In this document: positions 63,537 to 64,000 of the stretch, one piece after another
Layout of the letters: every line of letters begins with the position of its first letter
Numbering within the stretch: the stretch's first letter is position 1
Virus record (IMG/VR): IMGVR_UViG_3300050491_000011
Source: a virus
Lineage: Duplodnaviria; Caudoviricetes
Strand: one strand, 5' to 3'
Length of the DNA: 64,000 nucleotides
Notes under the pieces: model-generated
Told to the model about the DNA's origin: nothing
Database searches by the model: none
The model's input: only the letters and a program-made list of their open reading frames with translations
Position numbers and translations under genes: made by a program

Positions 63537-64000
63537 ATGACTGAAGCTGAAGAGAAAGAGAAAGCAGCGAAGGCTGTAAAGGATACACAACCGGGTATGC
63601 ACCTGCGATCTCTGCCCGACGCTCGTGAATCGGGTGAGGTCATGATCGAACTCCCAACCACCATGCCGTTTGATGATGGCGTGAATGGATTGATTGAAAG
63701 TCTCGAAGCTAAGGGCTTTAAAGTTCGTTGGCGCCGTGAAGGCGAGGCTTCTTTCGAAGATGCATCTGAAGGCATCGACACTGGTCGCCCAGTAGCCGGT
63801 ACTCAGAATGGTGATAACAACATCATCAATGGCGTGAGCTTACCGAAGGTGGACGATCACTCCGTCTACAAAGTGGTAAAGCTGGTGCGCCCTGAAGATA
63901 CCGTCAAGGATGGCGAGAGCGGTTTGCTCTACCTGATGAATGGTAATGGTGATGTAAAGGAATACCTTCAGAATGAAGGATTCCTCGTTGTGGATGAAGA
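63537..64000 (+). CDS. Hypothetical protein, 3'-truncated by the window
   Basis: Not in the ORF track. ATG at 63537 after GAGGA; MTEAEEKEKAAKAVKDTQPGMHL...EASFEDASEG... stays open to the window end. Confidence 0.7.
   Translation, partial: MTEAEEKEKAAKAVKDTQPGMHLRSLPDARESGEVMIELPTTMPFDDGVNGLIESLEAKGFKVRWRREGEASFEDASEGIDTGRPVAGTQNGDNNIINGVSLPKVDDHSVYKVVKLVRPEDTVKDGESGLLYLMNGNGDVKEYLQNEGFLVVDE

Noticed and set aside
1-64000. tRNA genes, CRISPR arrays, DGR/retron RT, integrase or transposase
   Set aside because: No cloverleaf with T-loop GTTCRA, no regularly spaced direct repeats, and no RT or recombinase motifs were found by eye. A tRNAscan/CRISPR scan would confirm.
1-64000. Naming the exact phage, host species, or asserting nucleus formation
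   Set aside because: Chimallin, PhuZ and host markers are not in the window. Only phiKZ-like synteny and a Gram-negative host (spanin candidate) can be supported.

Overview
This 64 kb window comes from a phiKZ-like jumbo myophage with a Gram-negative host. The gene order matches the phiKZ/SPN3US (Chimalliviridae-type) virion module; no chimallin gene is in the window, so nucleus formation is only inferred. Recognisable genes, left to right: three paralogous tail-fibre/baseplate genes, a PAAR-like tip and central spike, an SbcC/SMC ATPase, a two-component spanin candidate, RNase H, UvsX, four subunits of the split virion RNA polymerase (beta-C, beta'-N, beta-N, beta'-C), a NADAR-family protein, a 2249-aa tape measure/lytic transglycosylase, the prohead protease, two paralogous processed head proteins, a small early-gene island, tail tube, tail sheath, three baseplate/virion proteins, the large terminase, and a second early accessory region with small Zn-finger proteins. 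No tRNA, CRISPR array, intron, intein or transposase was seen. The most striking unexplained signals are: (1) a family of about 12 GC hairpins framed by CATAA...TATG that mostly lack U-tracts; (2) a 3-copy early promoter motif TTAYAG-N4-ACAT-N11-AATA; (3) a purine-skewed, multi-hairpin non-coding element at about 63.2-63.5 kb; (4) head proteins carrying glycine-zipper hydrophobic segments; (5) a NADAR candidate anti-DarTG factor; (6) a highly expressed, possibly HU/IHF-like protein. All family calls rest on motif recognition and synteny by eye; no database search was run.
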